A DNA stretch of 64,000 bases. Source: a virus. Lineage: Duplodnaviria > Caudoviricetes. A model generated the notes under the pieces. It had not been told where the DNA came from. It was given only the letters and a program-made list of their open reading frames with translations, and did not search any database. The stretch is from the IMG/VR virus record IMGVR_UViG_3300034062_004592, positions 1-64,000 of that record; one strand, written 5' to 3'. This document shows, one piece after another, positions 34,953 to 42,906 of the stretch; positions within the stretch are counted from its first letter, which is position 1, and every line of letters starts with the position of its first letter. A program made the translations under genes and the position numbers.

Positions 34953-34957
34953 TTACC

Positions 34958-35131
34958 ATGGACTCTCAAGTTGATTACGAGCTTCTGGCTAACGACTTGT
35001 ACTTGGCTGCTGATCATTTCTTTTGTTCAATGTTTGATAGTTCTTGCTGGAACGACGAAGAATTAAACAACAAGTACATAACAGTTCTTGGAGAAGCTCG
35101 CAAGGTATTTGGTTCCGCGTCCCAAGCATGA
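34958..35131 (+). CDS. hypothetical protein
   Basis: MDSQVDYELLANDLY...; the stop lies inside the next pseudoknot. Confidence 0.5.
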   Translation: MDSQVDYELLANDLYLAADHFFCSMFDSSCWNDEELNNKYITVLGEARKVFGSASQA

Positions 35132-35144
35132 CGCTAAACTGCTG
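35117..35144 (+). ncRNA. H-type pseudoknot leader motif
   Basis: GCGTC-CCAAGCAT-GACGC-TAAAC-TGCT. Confidence 0.6.
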
Positions 35145-35165
35145 TAACACTATCCTTTTGATCCC

Positions 35166-35981
35166 ATGAACTTTTGTTGCATCTGCGCACAGCTGGGTGA
35201 AAACCCACGCGAAGTTTTTACCAGCGCATCTTCAACTGCAATTCGTTGCTCCGTCATCCTTCCTCCAGTTGGAAACAAAGCACCTACCACAATTGAATAC
35301 AACATCTACGGAAAACAATCCGAGCGTTTCCAGCGACTGCATAAAGGAAACCTCATCTACATTCACGGCGCCAAGCTACGTTATGATCTCGAATCCAAAA
35401 CGTATTCGCTACATGGAGGAGTTGTTGCAGAAGTTACGGATACATTCCCAATCCTCAACTCAATCATATTGACTGGCCGTTGTGTTAAAGACATTGATCA
35501 GTCTGATGCACGTGCATTTAAAACAACCGCTGATGGTTTGATGATTGCGAATCAAAGCATCTCGGTTAATACCGGTAAAGGCCAAGCAGATCTATTTAAC
35601 TTCTATGCAATCAACAATTCAACAGACAAGTTTAATCAAGCCGAACTTCTGGTGAACTTCACCAGGAAAGGTACGGGCATTACAATCCACGGGCGATTGG
35701 TTACTGATCGTTTTAAGGATGCCAATACCCAGGAGATTCGTAACATCTCCAAACTTCAACTGGTCAATATGACCTTGGCTCCCAAGGGGGCAGACGGTAG
35801 TGCGCCTAAGCCTGTAGCGCCGCAAACAACTGTGGCATCGGCAGGTGAGGTAACATCCCTCTGGGGTGGCCGCACCGCTGAGGAGAACAACGATCCTTGG
35901 AACCAAGCATCAGGTGGCGGTCTACCTGAAATCCCTGGTCAATACGGACAAGCTCCCAACCTCGACGAGATTCCTTTCTGA
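35166..35981 (+). CDS. ssb: single-stranded DNA-binding protein (tandem OB folds)
   Basis: Two OB-like repeats (LHKGNLIYIHG; TRKGTGITIHGRL) and C-terminal LDEIPF. Confidence 0.75.
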   Translation: MNFCCICAQLGENPREVFTSASSTAIRCSVILPPVGNKAPTTIEYNIYGKQSERFQRLHKGNLIYIHGAKLRYDLESKTYSLHGGVVAEVTDTFPILNSIILTGRCVKDIDQSDARAFKTTADGLMIANQSISVNTGKGQADLFNFYAINNSTDKFNQAELLVNFTRKGTGITIHGRLVTDRFKDANTQEIRNISKLQLVNMTLAPKGADGSAPKPVAPQTTVASAGEVTSLWGGRTAEENNDPWNQASGGGLPEIPGQYGQAPNLDEIPF

Positions 35982-36205
35982 TGACGATTCGGTTTTCCCA
36001 CTCGGATGAAGATCTAAGTATTTCATTTGAGTCCCAAGCTGTTACTACGGATGAGGTGGTGTCTCACTTCATCCAGTTTCTTTCGGCAATGGGGTATGCC
36101 CGCGAAAGTATTCATGAGGCCATGCAAGAGATCGTTGATGAGCACGACGATTACCTGAAGAATCTTGACAAAGAAAAAGCTCGGTTGCTTTTTAACGTAG
36201 ACTGA
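35981..36205 (+). CDS. hypothetical protein
   Basis: VVSHFIQFLSAMGY motif. Confidence 0.6.
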   Translation: MTIRFSHSDEDLSISFESQAVTTDEVVSHFIQFLSAMGYARESIHEAMQEIVDEHDDYLKNLDKEKARLLFNVD

Positions 36206-36208
36206 GTC

Positions 36209-36237
36209 ACGCCTTGGGATGGCGTTAAAAGCATCCA
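36209..36237 (+). ncRNA. H-type pseudoknot leader motif (variant)
   Basis: ACGCC-TTGGGAT-GGCGT-TAAAAGC-ATCC. Confidence 0.55.
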
Positions 36238-36257
36238 GCGTTTACTACGAACCGACC

Positions 36258-37301
36258 ATGACCCAACTTCCGTCTTTGAAAGACATCAACACAATGGCTA
36301 CGAAGAAAACTTCTGCTCTTGCTACACGCGGTCTGGAATCTTTCAAGATGTTCCAGTCCAAAGAATTTGTATCGGGTTACCAGAACCTGGTCACTATCCA
36401 ACCACTGAACAAGTCTAAGACTCGTGGTTGGTTCGTGCGTAAGTCTGATCTGGATACCTGCGGTTGGACCGCAACTGAAGATCAGTTTGCTAAAGGTTCA
36501 GTCATCTGGAACTACAAGCAAACCTTTGGTATGGCTCCCAACACTTCGATTGAAGAAGGGTTGAATTTTACTGAGCCTCGGCTTCAAGTGCTGTTGCGTT
36601 CTCCCCTGATGGTTGAAGAAACCTCTGGGATGCGCCAGGTGATTGGTTCGTTTGACAATCCGAATGTCAAAGAACTGTTTGAGGCTGACAAGATTGCATC
36701 TGATCTTGCCAACAGCAAAGGTGAAATGTACAAGCGCAGGTACAGCGTGCGTACCAAATACCTGGTGTATGTGCTGACCCAGGACAACAAGCGTGCCCAT
36801 AAGATTCCTATGGTGCTGACGTTGAAAGGCCTGAATGGTACCGACGTTTCTGAAAAGATTCGTCTGTATGAAAAGGAAATGTCCAAGTGCCTGAGCAAAG
36901 CACTGGACTCTGAAGTGCCTCTGGCATTCAATGAAAAGTTCTATGCCACTACGGTGTTCTGTCCTGTGCTGGCAAATGAAATGCGCGGTGCCAACAACGT
37001 TGAGATCTGCGCCATTGAATCCTTTGACATCCCTGATTACAGCTCCCAGGAAGATGCAGTCGAATCTTTGAATCGTCTGTCAATTCCTGATGAAGATCGG
37101 GAATCAACCTGGAAGTATCAAGAGATGTTCCAGGACTACATCAACGTCCATGCCAAGCAGGATTCAGACAAACTTGGTGGTGCCTATGGCATCAAGGAAG
37201 GTGTTGAGATTCTGCCTGTGTCCCGCACCATGGATCCAGTGGATGTCAAAGCCCTGCCTTCTCGCGATGAGTTGACAGGGGAAGACGCTTCACTACTTTG
37301 A
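36258..37301 (+). CDS. cyanobacterial/cyanophage DUF5895-like protein (possible ssDNA annealing role)
   Basis: About 347 aa, next to ssb; family assignment is from recall only. Confidence 0.4.
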   Translation: MTQLPSLKDINTMATKKTSALATRGLESFKMFQSKEFVSGYQNLVTIQPLNKSKTRGWFVRKSDLDTCGWTATEDQFAKGSVIWNYKQTFGMAPNTSIEEGLNFTEPRLQVLLRSPLMVEETSGMRQVIGSFDNPNVKELFEADKIASDLANSKGEMYKRRYSVRTKYLVYVLTQDNKRAHKIPMVLTLKGLNGTDVSEKIRLYEKEMSKCLSKALDSEVPLAFNEKFYATTVFCPVLANEMRGANNVEICAIESFDIPDYSSQEDAVESLNRLSIPDEDRESTWKYQEMFQDYINVHAKQDSDKLGGAYGIKEGVEILPVSRTMDPVDVKALPSRDELTGEDASLL

Positions 37302-37559
37302 TGTAGGTTCAACCTTGGGGTTAGCTAGGTCATCTTGATTAATGGAAACATTATTAAAGATGAACATATCCTGGACTAACCCTCGGATACAACCTTGACG
37401 ATTCGTGGCGATCTGCGCAAGCAAGGTCGCCATTTCTTTTAATTCACTTACGGAGTTGCAATCTTGAATTGAACGTTTGATTTTTTCTAGCCAGAACTTA
37501 TCGTCAAGCGATGGTTCAATCTGAAACTTGTTCAGGGGTACGTACTGAATTTCTTCCAT
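37293..37559 (-). CDS. hypothetical protein
   Basis: 88-aa convergent ORF; TACAAT upstream. Confidence 0.55.
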   Translation of the reverse strand: MEEIQYVPLNKFQIEPSLDDKFWLEKIKRSIQDCNSVSELKEMATLLAQIATNRQGCIRGLVQDMFIFNNVSINQDDLANPKVEPTSK

Positions 37560-37640
37560 AGGTATTCAGTTGTTACAAATCAATTGTACTTCCATAGTTA
37601 AATGCAACGTCAACCTTCACAATGTATTAAGGAGCACACA

Positions 37641-37841
37641 ATGCACAAGGCTGATGCGGCTGCTATCATTGCGGGTGGCACCATGGCATTGGTTGGTGCT
37701 GCTATCATTGCGGTCGGCAGCACTCCCGTTGCCTGGGCTGCACTAGCATACGGGACCTACCGTATGAGCAAACAAGCTCACCGCCTGGTCCGGAGCCGCA
37801 CTAACTCCAACATCCAAGAAGAAGATTCTTGGCATGTCTAA
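37641..37841 (+). CDS. small membrane protein
   Basis: AAGGAG SD; AAAIIAGGTMALVGAAIIAVG. Confidence 0.55.
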   Translation: MHKADAAAIIAGGTMALVGAAIIAVGSTPVAWAALAYGTYRMSKQAHRLVRSRTNSNIQEEDSWHV

Positions 37842-37860
37842 CTTAACCCTCAACTCAACC

Positions 37861-38805
37861 ATGACTACTCAAACTGTTCTTGAACTCAACGCTGCACAAG
37901 CCAGCATCTACACTCGTACTAACATTCGTCGTGCGTACCAGGATTTTGATGACTCCGAGATTGCTGGCATTGGTGTGCGAGGCGACAATTGTATTGTTGT
38001 GCGTCGCGATGGTAGTGAGCAGACTTATGACAGGCAGTTGATTAAGACTGCGTTTAGCTCCTATACTCACCGTTTAAAAGATTTCTTCTCGTACCTTGGC
38101 CCTCATTACCGTGGCCCTAGTGTATGGCGTAACAATGCTTACGTATTGTTTAAAGGATGGACCTACACTCACGCCCTTGGACACACAACATCCCATGCAA
38201 AACTCCAAGCCCACTGGGCAGACAAGTTTATACACCTATCCGACCCCGTCAAGCTCACCACGTTGCTTCAGTCTGACCAAACGGACCTGGGCCATTTGGT
38301 GGCGCCAGACGGATTTCGGTTTTCGAATCGGCCGTTTGATATGGACTCTGAGTTGGACAACGACAAAGAACAACAGCAGGTGCTTAATGAACCTAGTTGC
38401 TCGTGTGGGTCGTTTCAACGTCAGCTCAACAACCTATCTGCTTTCCAAGAAGAGATCCAGGGATTTAAACCGTGGTGTATTCACCTGACTTGGTTTCAGA
38501 AATACAGGGAACTGCTTTGCAAACGTACTGAGATTCGTAATGCTGCACATAGTGGTGTGTCTGACAAGTGCGTGGCTTGGTGGTACGCACCTCCTGTTGA
38601 CTCCAACGGTGATGGACGTTTCGTATTGCTTCACACCAAGTCAGGTGCGCAAGCACCGCTTAGCCACTGGCGTACCTACAAACCACAGGAGGTCCTGACA
38701 CAGAACGATGCATGGGACCTGTTCTTCAATATGATGGAGGTAGGTTACATTCCATTCCCTGGAACCTCACTACCACAACTCAAGGAGGCCGTCAAGAAAT
38801 CATGA
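37861..38805 (+). CDS. SWIM zinc-finger protein
   Basis: CSCGSF...PWCIH; ATG after CAACTCAACC. Confidence 0.6.
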   Translation: MTTQTVLELNAAQASIYTRTNIRRAYQDFDDSEIAGIGVRGDNCIVVRRDGSEQTYDRQLIKTAFSSYTHRLKDFFSYLGPHYRGPSVWRNNAYVLFKGWTYTHALGHTTSHAKLQAHWADKFIHLSDPVKLTTLLQSDQTDLGHLVAPDGFRFSNRPFDMDSELDNDKEQQQVLNEPSCSCGSFQRQLNNLSAFQEEIQGFKPWCIHLTWFQKYRELLCKRTEIRNAAHSGVSDKCVAWWYAPPVDSNGDGRFVLLHTKSGAQAPLSHWRTYKPQEVLTQNDAWDLFFNMMEVGYIPFPGTSLPQLKEAVKKS

Positions 38806-38996
38806 GCTGGGTCAACAACCTACAGATTGAATACAAAGAAGAGCCTGATGGTTCCGGTACAATTAGCATTGAGTGGGATGAGAACGACTGTTCACTGGAA
38901 CAATGGATGTCATGGGGTGAAGAAAAACAAAAACAATTTATTCTTGATGCGCTTACTCTTGCTGTATCTGACGCACTAAACGACAATGAAACTTGA
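38802..38996 (+). CDS. hypothetical protein
   Basis: MSWVNNLQIEYKEEPDGSG...; ATGA overlap with the upstream gene. Confidence 0.55.
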   Translation: MSWVNNLQIEYKEEPDGSGTISIEWDENDCSLEQWMSWGEEKQKQFILDALTLAVSDALNDNET

Positions 38997-39315
38997 TTCA
39001 TGCGGGTTACCAGAAGATCAATTCATTGAGATCTTCCAGAAAAAAACCCAGTTCCTTGGTAGGTTGTTGCTTGCATTTCATCCGGGGGCAAAGGCCGTTA
39101 TGGATGAAAAGATTGCCTGGGAGATGTTCCAGGAATGTGTCTATGCTGCTGAAGCAGAGGCACGGGATATTGTTGATCCTGAAGGCAAGGATGATCCTTA
39201 TGGTCCCAAGATGTTTATCTCCCGTGAGGATATGATGCGTGAGATTAAAACTGTTAAAGAAAAAGTGGAGGCGCTTGCTGATAACGTCTCTGTGTTAATT
39301 CATACAGAGAAGTGA
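38986..39315 (+). CDS. hypothetical protein
   Basis: 109-aa ORF. Confidence 0.6.
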   Translation: MKLDSCGLPEDQFIEIFQKKTQFLGRLLLAFHPGAKAVMDEKIAWEMFQECVYAAEAEARDIVDPEGKDDPYGPKMFISREDMMREIKTVKEKVEALADNVSVLIHTEK

Positions 39316-39319
39316 CGAT

Positions 39320-39347
39320 GCGTCCTGGTCATGACGTTAAACTGACC
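39320..39347 (+). ncRNA. H-type pseudoknot leader motif with compensatory stem 2
   Basis: GCGTC-CTGGTCAT-GACGT-TAAAC-TGACC. Confidence 0.7.
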
Positions 39348-39371
39348 TTAACCAAATCCACTAATCAACTC

Positions 39372-39485
39372 ATGTTTGAATCCATCCTTGGCATTGTTCT
39401 TCCCGTTGTTAAAGATTTGTTGTGGGCAGCGGCAGGCATGGCGCTGACCTATTTGATTAACAAGGTTCAACATAGTTGGGCATGA
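39372..39485 (+). CDS. 37-aa hydrophobic peptide
   Basis: MFESILGIVLPVVKDLLWAAAGMALTYLINKVQHSWA. Confidence 0.55.
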   Translation: MFESILGIVLPVVKDLLWAAAGMALTYLINKVQHSWA

Positions 39486-39694
39486 CTAAACACGATGCAA
39501 CAAAACAAATCATTGCACTAGCTAAAACCTACGACTTTATTCTGATCAGGAAAAAGAAGCATCTGATTTTTAAGCATCCGTCTGGTGCCACGCTTGTAAC
39601 ATCAGGTACCACTGGTGACTGGCGTGCACTTAAAAATGTTGAAGCCAACATCAAACAAGTTCTTTTGAAACATGACTCAAATCACATCAACTAA
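39482..39694 (+). CDS. HicA-like (dsRBD-fold) mRNA interferase
   Basis: LAKTYDFILIRKKKHLIFKHPSGATLVTSGTTGDWRALKN. Confidence 0.6.
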   Translation: MTKHDATKQIIALAKTYDFILIRKKKHLIFKHPSGATLVTSGTTGDWRALKNVEANIKQVLLKHDSNHIN

Positions 39695-40373
39695 ACTCAA
39701 CGAGCTTAGTGTCATCAAACTCTACGAGCACTACAATGCTCTTGAAAAATCACTGCCTCTACTTACTCCTGAGTCCCAGGACTTGGCAAAAGCAGAGCTT
39801 GAGAGTTGCGCCAACCTACGGTCTGAAAAGGTTGATCGTATCTATTACGCCATGGCGGCGCACGACGACGCCTTGGAACGTATCAAGAAAGAAACTGAAC
39901 TCATCACGCAAGCTAAACGTCACCACGAATCTCAACTGCGGTCCCTCAAGGGGTTGTTAAACTGGTTGAAGCGGTCATTGCCATTTGATACCAATAAAAT
40001 CACTGGCCGCAATTATCAGTTCACACTTGTAAAGAAGAGGGAGTTAACGGTTGAAGTCTCGTCGGATCCGGACGTTTGGAGTCCTGAACACAGGCAACTC
40101 TATTGCATCGAAGAACAAGTCACCACAACTAAAGAAATTGTGCTACGTTCAATGTCAGGAGAAGTTCTTTCCACAAGAACAGAACCTGCCACCAAAACTA
40201 AAGTACTCCCAAACCTCGATGCCATCCGCGACGCCTACCAAACCGGACAACTTCTACCAAGTGGGGTCAAGGTCTGCCAAGAGTACAGCATCCGTTCTAA
40301 GCGAATCTATGTCGAACCACGTGTGGAACTACAAGCATCCGAGTATCCAGGACAATTTCTACCTGAAGATTGA
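39672..40373 (+). CDS. Siphovirus Gp157-family protein
   Basis: KLYE..., EKVDRIYY, coiled coil, PNLDAIRDAYQTGQLLPSGV. Confidence 0.65.
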   Translation: MTQITSTKLNELSVIKLYEHYNALEKSLPLLTPESQDLAKAELESCANLRSEKVDRIYYAMAAHDDALERIKKETELITQAKRHHESQLRSLKGLLNWLKRSLPFDTNKITGRNYQFTLVKKRELTVEVSSDPDVWSPEHRQLYCIEEQVTTTKEIVLRSMSGEVLSTRTEPATKTKVLPNLDAIRDAYQTGQLLPSGVKVCQEYSIRSKRIYVEPRVELQASEYPGQFLPED

Positions 40374-40626
40374 AGCGCCATCCAATGTGGATGATGCCAA
40401 GATCAAAATGAACTGCCATCAACACGCAGTAAAAGACTTTGATCTTCAGCTGGAAATGAATGATCTTGAGATCGATATGCTCAAAGATCAGGATCAGGTA
40501 TTGCCGTACAACGAAACACGTGCGGATGAATTAGACCAAAAAAAACTTAAGTTGCTTCTCGGTAAGAGGTTCCATCAAAATGCTATGAATGCTTATTGGT
40601 ATTACTTGGCTAAGATGGGTAAATAA
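40309..40626 (+). CDS. hypothetical protein
   Basis: ATG at 40309 (MSNHVWNYKHPSIQ...). Confidence 0.5.
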   Translation: MSNHVWNYKHPSIQDNFYLKIEAPSNVDDAKIKMNCHQHAVKDFDLQLEMNDLEIDMLKDQDQVLPYNETRADELDQKKLKLLLGKRFHQNAMNAYWYYLAKMGK

Positions 40627-40649
40627 CTTAAGGCTATACGGGGTGTTCC

Positions 40650-40913
40650 ATGGGGGGAGATTCAGTTCTCAATAACTTGATTGCTGGTTTTACTCAGGAT
40701 GGGACACCTCTTTCTGCGTTGATTGGTTCTAAGCAGGAGTTTGGAGTTGTCATCCTTACTGCCGCCATGCTTGCAAATGAAAACCTTGCAGGCCAAATGA
40801 CGGCAGAAGAAATGGTAGATGGTGCTATCAATTACTACAACGTAATCCAAGAGCGTCTTGGTTACTACCAGCAACATCAAGCCCATTCACTGGAACGACT
40901 TCTAAATAACTGA
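40650..40913 (+). CDS. hypothetical protein
   Basis: 87-aa ORF. Confidence 0.6.
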   Translation: MGGDSVLNNLIAGFTQDGTPLSALIGSKQEFGVVILTAAMLANENLAGQMTAEEMVDGAINYYNVIQERLGYYQQHQAHSLERLLNN

Positions 40914-40941
40914 TATAGTGACTGGGTCCTTCCAGTTATTG

Positions 40942-41139
40942 ATGGAACCAGTTACTGTGCCAAAACTAACGGTGTCATTTGCAATTGATATTGAAGTAGA
41001 GTATGACTCCTTCGGTGGTAAAACGCCGCAGGATATTGCGATTGCGCTCCAAGATGAGATTGATGATCTCCTCTACGAAGCAAGCCCCACTGTGTCTTCT
41101 GTATTCACTTCCATTACCGCACTGGATTCCAATGACTGA
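40942..41139 (+). CDS. hypothetical protein
   Basis: MEPVTVPKLTVSF... Confidence 0.55.
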   Translation: MEPVTVPKLTVSFAIDIEVEYDSFGGKTPQDIAIALQDEIDDLLYEASPTVSSVFTSITALDSND

Positions 41140-41458
41140 CGACCTCGCAATCAAACTTAAAACTGCTGGGGCTTTTGATACGCCTTGGCTCAAGGAACAA
41201 CTCCGCAACTGGAACGTTATTACTGAGCAAAAGAAAGCAGACTTTACTGAGCACATGTATGAGTGCTCTGGACGCCAGCACCCGCAGCATCCCATGCACG
41301 GCCTCTACACCGGCCTGTGGGAAGCCTTCTGCCTGAATGAGGCAGGTCCGTACTGCCGGGAGAAGTACTTCCAAATGGTGGAAGCAGTGCGTCAATACGA
41401 GGCTGGTTTGCTGCCAGCGGTTGCGCTTGACACAGAACCCGTGGTAGTTATATCTTAA
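41132..41458 (+). CDS. hypothetical cyanophage protein
   Basis: HMYECSGR..HPMHGLYTGLW motif. Confidence 0.6.
   Translation: MTDDLAIKLKTAGAFDTPWLKEQLRNWNVITEQKKADFTEHMYECSGRQHPQHPMHGLYTGLWEAFCLNEAGPYCREKYFQMVEAVRQYEAGLLPAVALDTEPVVVIS
41427..41456 (+). promoter_or_regulatory. sigma70-type promoter
   Basis: TTGACA-18 nt-TATCTT. Confidence 0.45.
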
Positions 41459-41518
41459 GCTTTATATTGAACACAGTTGCTTCAAAGCACATCACAATGC
41501 GGGTGTGCTTTTTCTTTT

Positions 41519-41986
41519 ATGGACCATCCCCACGAACCCATCAATGCCATCAAGGAATGGCAAAAGTGGTACCGCACTCACGCCGTTGTTGCTTCCATGG
41601 ATGAACCGTTAATGTCTAAAGACTCACGCGAAAATTTGCACGACACCTCCAAAGCTACGCATGAGATGCCAGACTGGCGTTCGTTTTACAAAGAACTTGC
41701 CGAGGTTGATATTGAACCTACCAAGGTAGATGACAACATTTATCTACAGAAAGCAATCGAACACTTTAGTGACACTCTTTGTGAATTTGCGCATGAACTA
41801 AGTGCTGAACAGTTCTACAAAGCATTCTTGATTGCAGCTACAAATGTAGCCAAGAGTGCACAAGATGATTACCTCAAGTGCAAAACATTAGTTGATCTTA
41901 TTGAAGGCAATGAAGAAACAAAAGCGAGTGAATTATCCGAATTGGATATGCCACAAGTGCGGCGTAAAGCACGGTGCCTGGTATAA
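41519..41986 (+). CDS. hypothetical protein
   Basis: ATG at 41519 (MDHPHEPINAIKEW...). Confidence 0.55.
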   Translation: MDHPHEPINAIKEWQKWYRTHAVVASMDEPLMSKDSRENLHDTSKATHEMPDWRSFYKELAEVDIEPTKVDDNIYLQKAIEHFSDTLCEFAHELSAEQFYKAFLIAATNVAKSAQDDYLKCKTLVDLIEGNEETKASELSELDMPQVRRKARCLV

Positions 41987-42136
41987 AAATGGAACTTATA
42001 TTGGACCTGACAATTGCTCTACAAATCACATGGGAACTTGTGGTGTGTGTGTGGTACAACTGATGTAAGCGTTACTGAGCCACGGGACTATGGCCACTTG
42101 CGTGCTGAATGGAGGCAAGAAAAACTACAATTTTAG
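41910..42136 (+). pseudogene. Zn-finger small protein frameshifted in a (GT)5 run
   Basis: WICHKCG...HMGTCGVC, then a 2-nt excess; removing one GT restores GTTDVSVTEPRDYGHL to TAG at 42136. Confidence 0.65.
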
Positions 42137-42477
42137 TTGCCAGTGCCAAGAGAAAATAATACAGTTGCCGCAGTGCCGCCCGATTCGGATACAAATACTG
42201 GTCGAACGTATCTCACCGGGTGGTTTGTTGAGTTGTAATGAGTTGTACCGTTAGCGGTAATGGTTGTATTGGCAATTATTTTAGACCAGTGGGTTCCGTC
42301 AATTGATGCTTCTAGTGCAATGATAACGTTGGTATTAATTGATGCTACTGTTACAAACAACGAATAGTTTTTTGTGACAATAGTTGGAGGTAAATAAACA
42401 GAAATGGAATCACACGAAGCGGGTGCATCAAGCAAAGGATAAGTAAAAAATAAACTATCGGGGGGATGTGCTGTCAT
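42133..42477 (-). CDS. beta-rich virion/tail-associated protein
   Basis: LEASIDGTHW..., PVRYVRP..SESGGTAA. Confidence 0.6.
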   Translation of the reverse strand: MTAHPPDSLFFTYPLLDAPASCDSISVYLPPTIVTKNYSLFVTVASINTNVIIALEASIDGTHWSKIIANTTITANGTTHYNSTNHPVRYVRPVFVSESGGTAATVLFSLGTGN

Positions 42478-42559
42478 GAGTTTTGCCTTTATCTTTTTAT
42501 TTTAATGCATAAAATTATTGTTGCACTTCCTTTTATAATAGAACTACAGTTAAAAAATT

Positions 42560-42588
42560 ATGTATACTCCTGCTCCCCAACAGTACCA
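42560..42588 (+). repeat. duplicated 5' end of the ferritin-like gene (matches 46427-46455)
   Basis: ATGTATACTCCTGCTCCCCAACAGTACCA versus ATGTATACTCCTGCCCCTCAACAGTACCA. Confidence 0.8.
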
Positions 42589-42606
42589 AGTAGCTGTAAA
42601 CAATAA

Positions 42607-42906
42607 TTATGTTGCAAACACTCTTACCGGCTGCTCCGGCGTCACGACATAGGCGTCCCACCCATCAGGCAGCTCACCGATGTAGTTGACGTGCCAGCCG
42701 CTCAGCAGCACGGGTGGGGTAAGCACCTCGCCGGTCTCAGGGTCGTAGGTGCCGCCTGTGTAGATGGGACCGATGACATCCAGGGCGTGCGTGTGGCTGG
42801 CGGTGAGGGGATGCGTGACGCCATCATCGTCGGTGTAAAGAAGGCCAGCAGCATCCAGGGCAGCCATGCCGGTGGATTCGTCGGGGAAGCGGATGTAGTG
42901 GGTCAT
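42607..42906 (-). CDS. tail fibre chaperone/assembly protein
   Basis: ALDVIGPIY..GWHVNY..P..PVRVFA, typical partner of the upstream fibre gene. Confidence 0.65.
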   Translation of the reverse strand: MTHYIRFPDESTGMAALDAAGLLYTDDDGVTHPLTASHTHALDVIGPIYTGGTYDPETGEVLTPPVLLSGWHVNYIGELPDGWDAYVVTPEQPVRVFAT

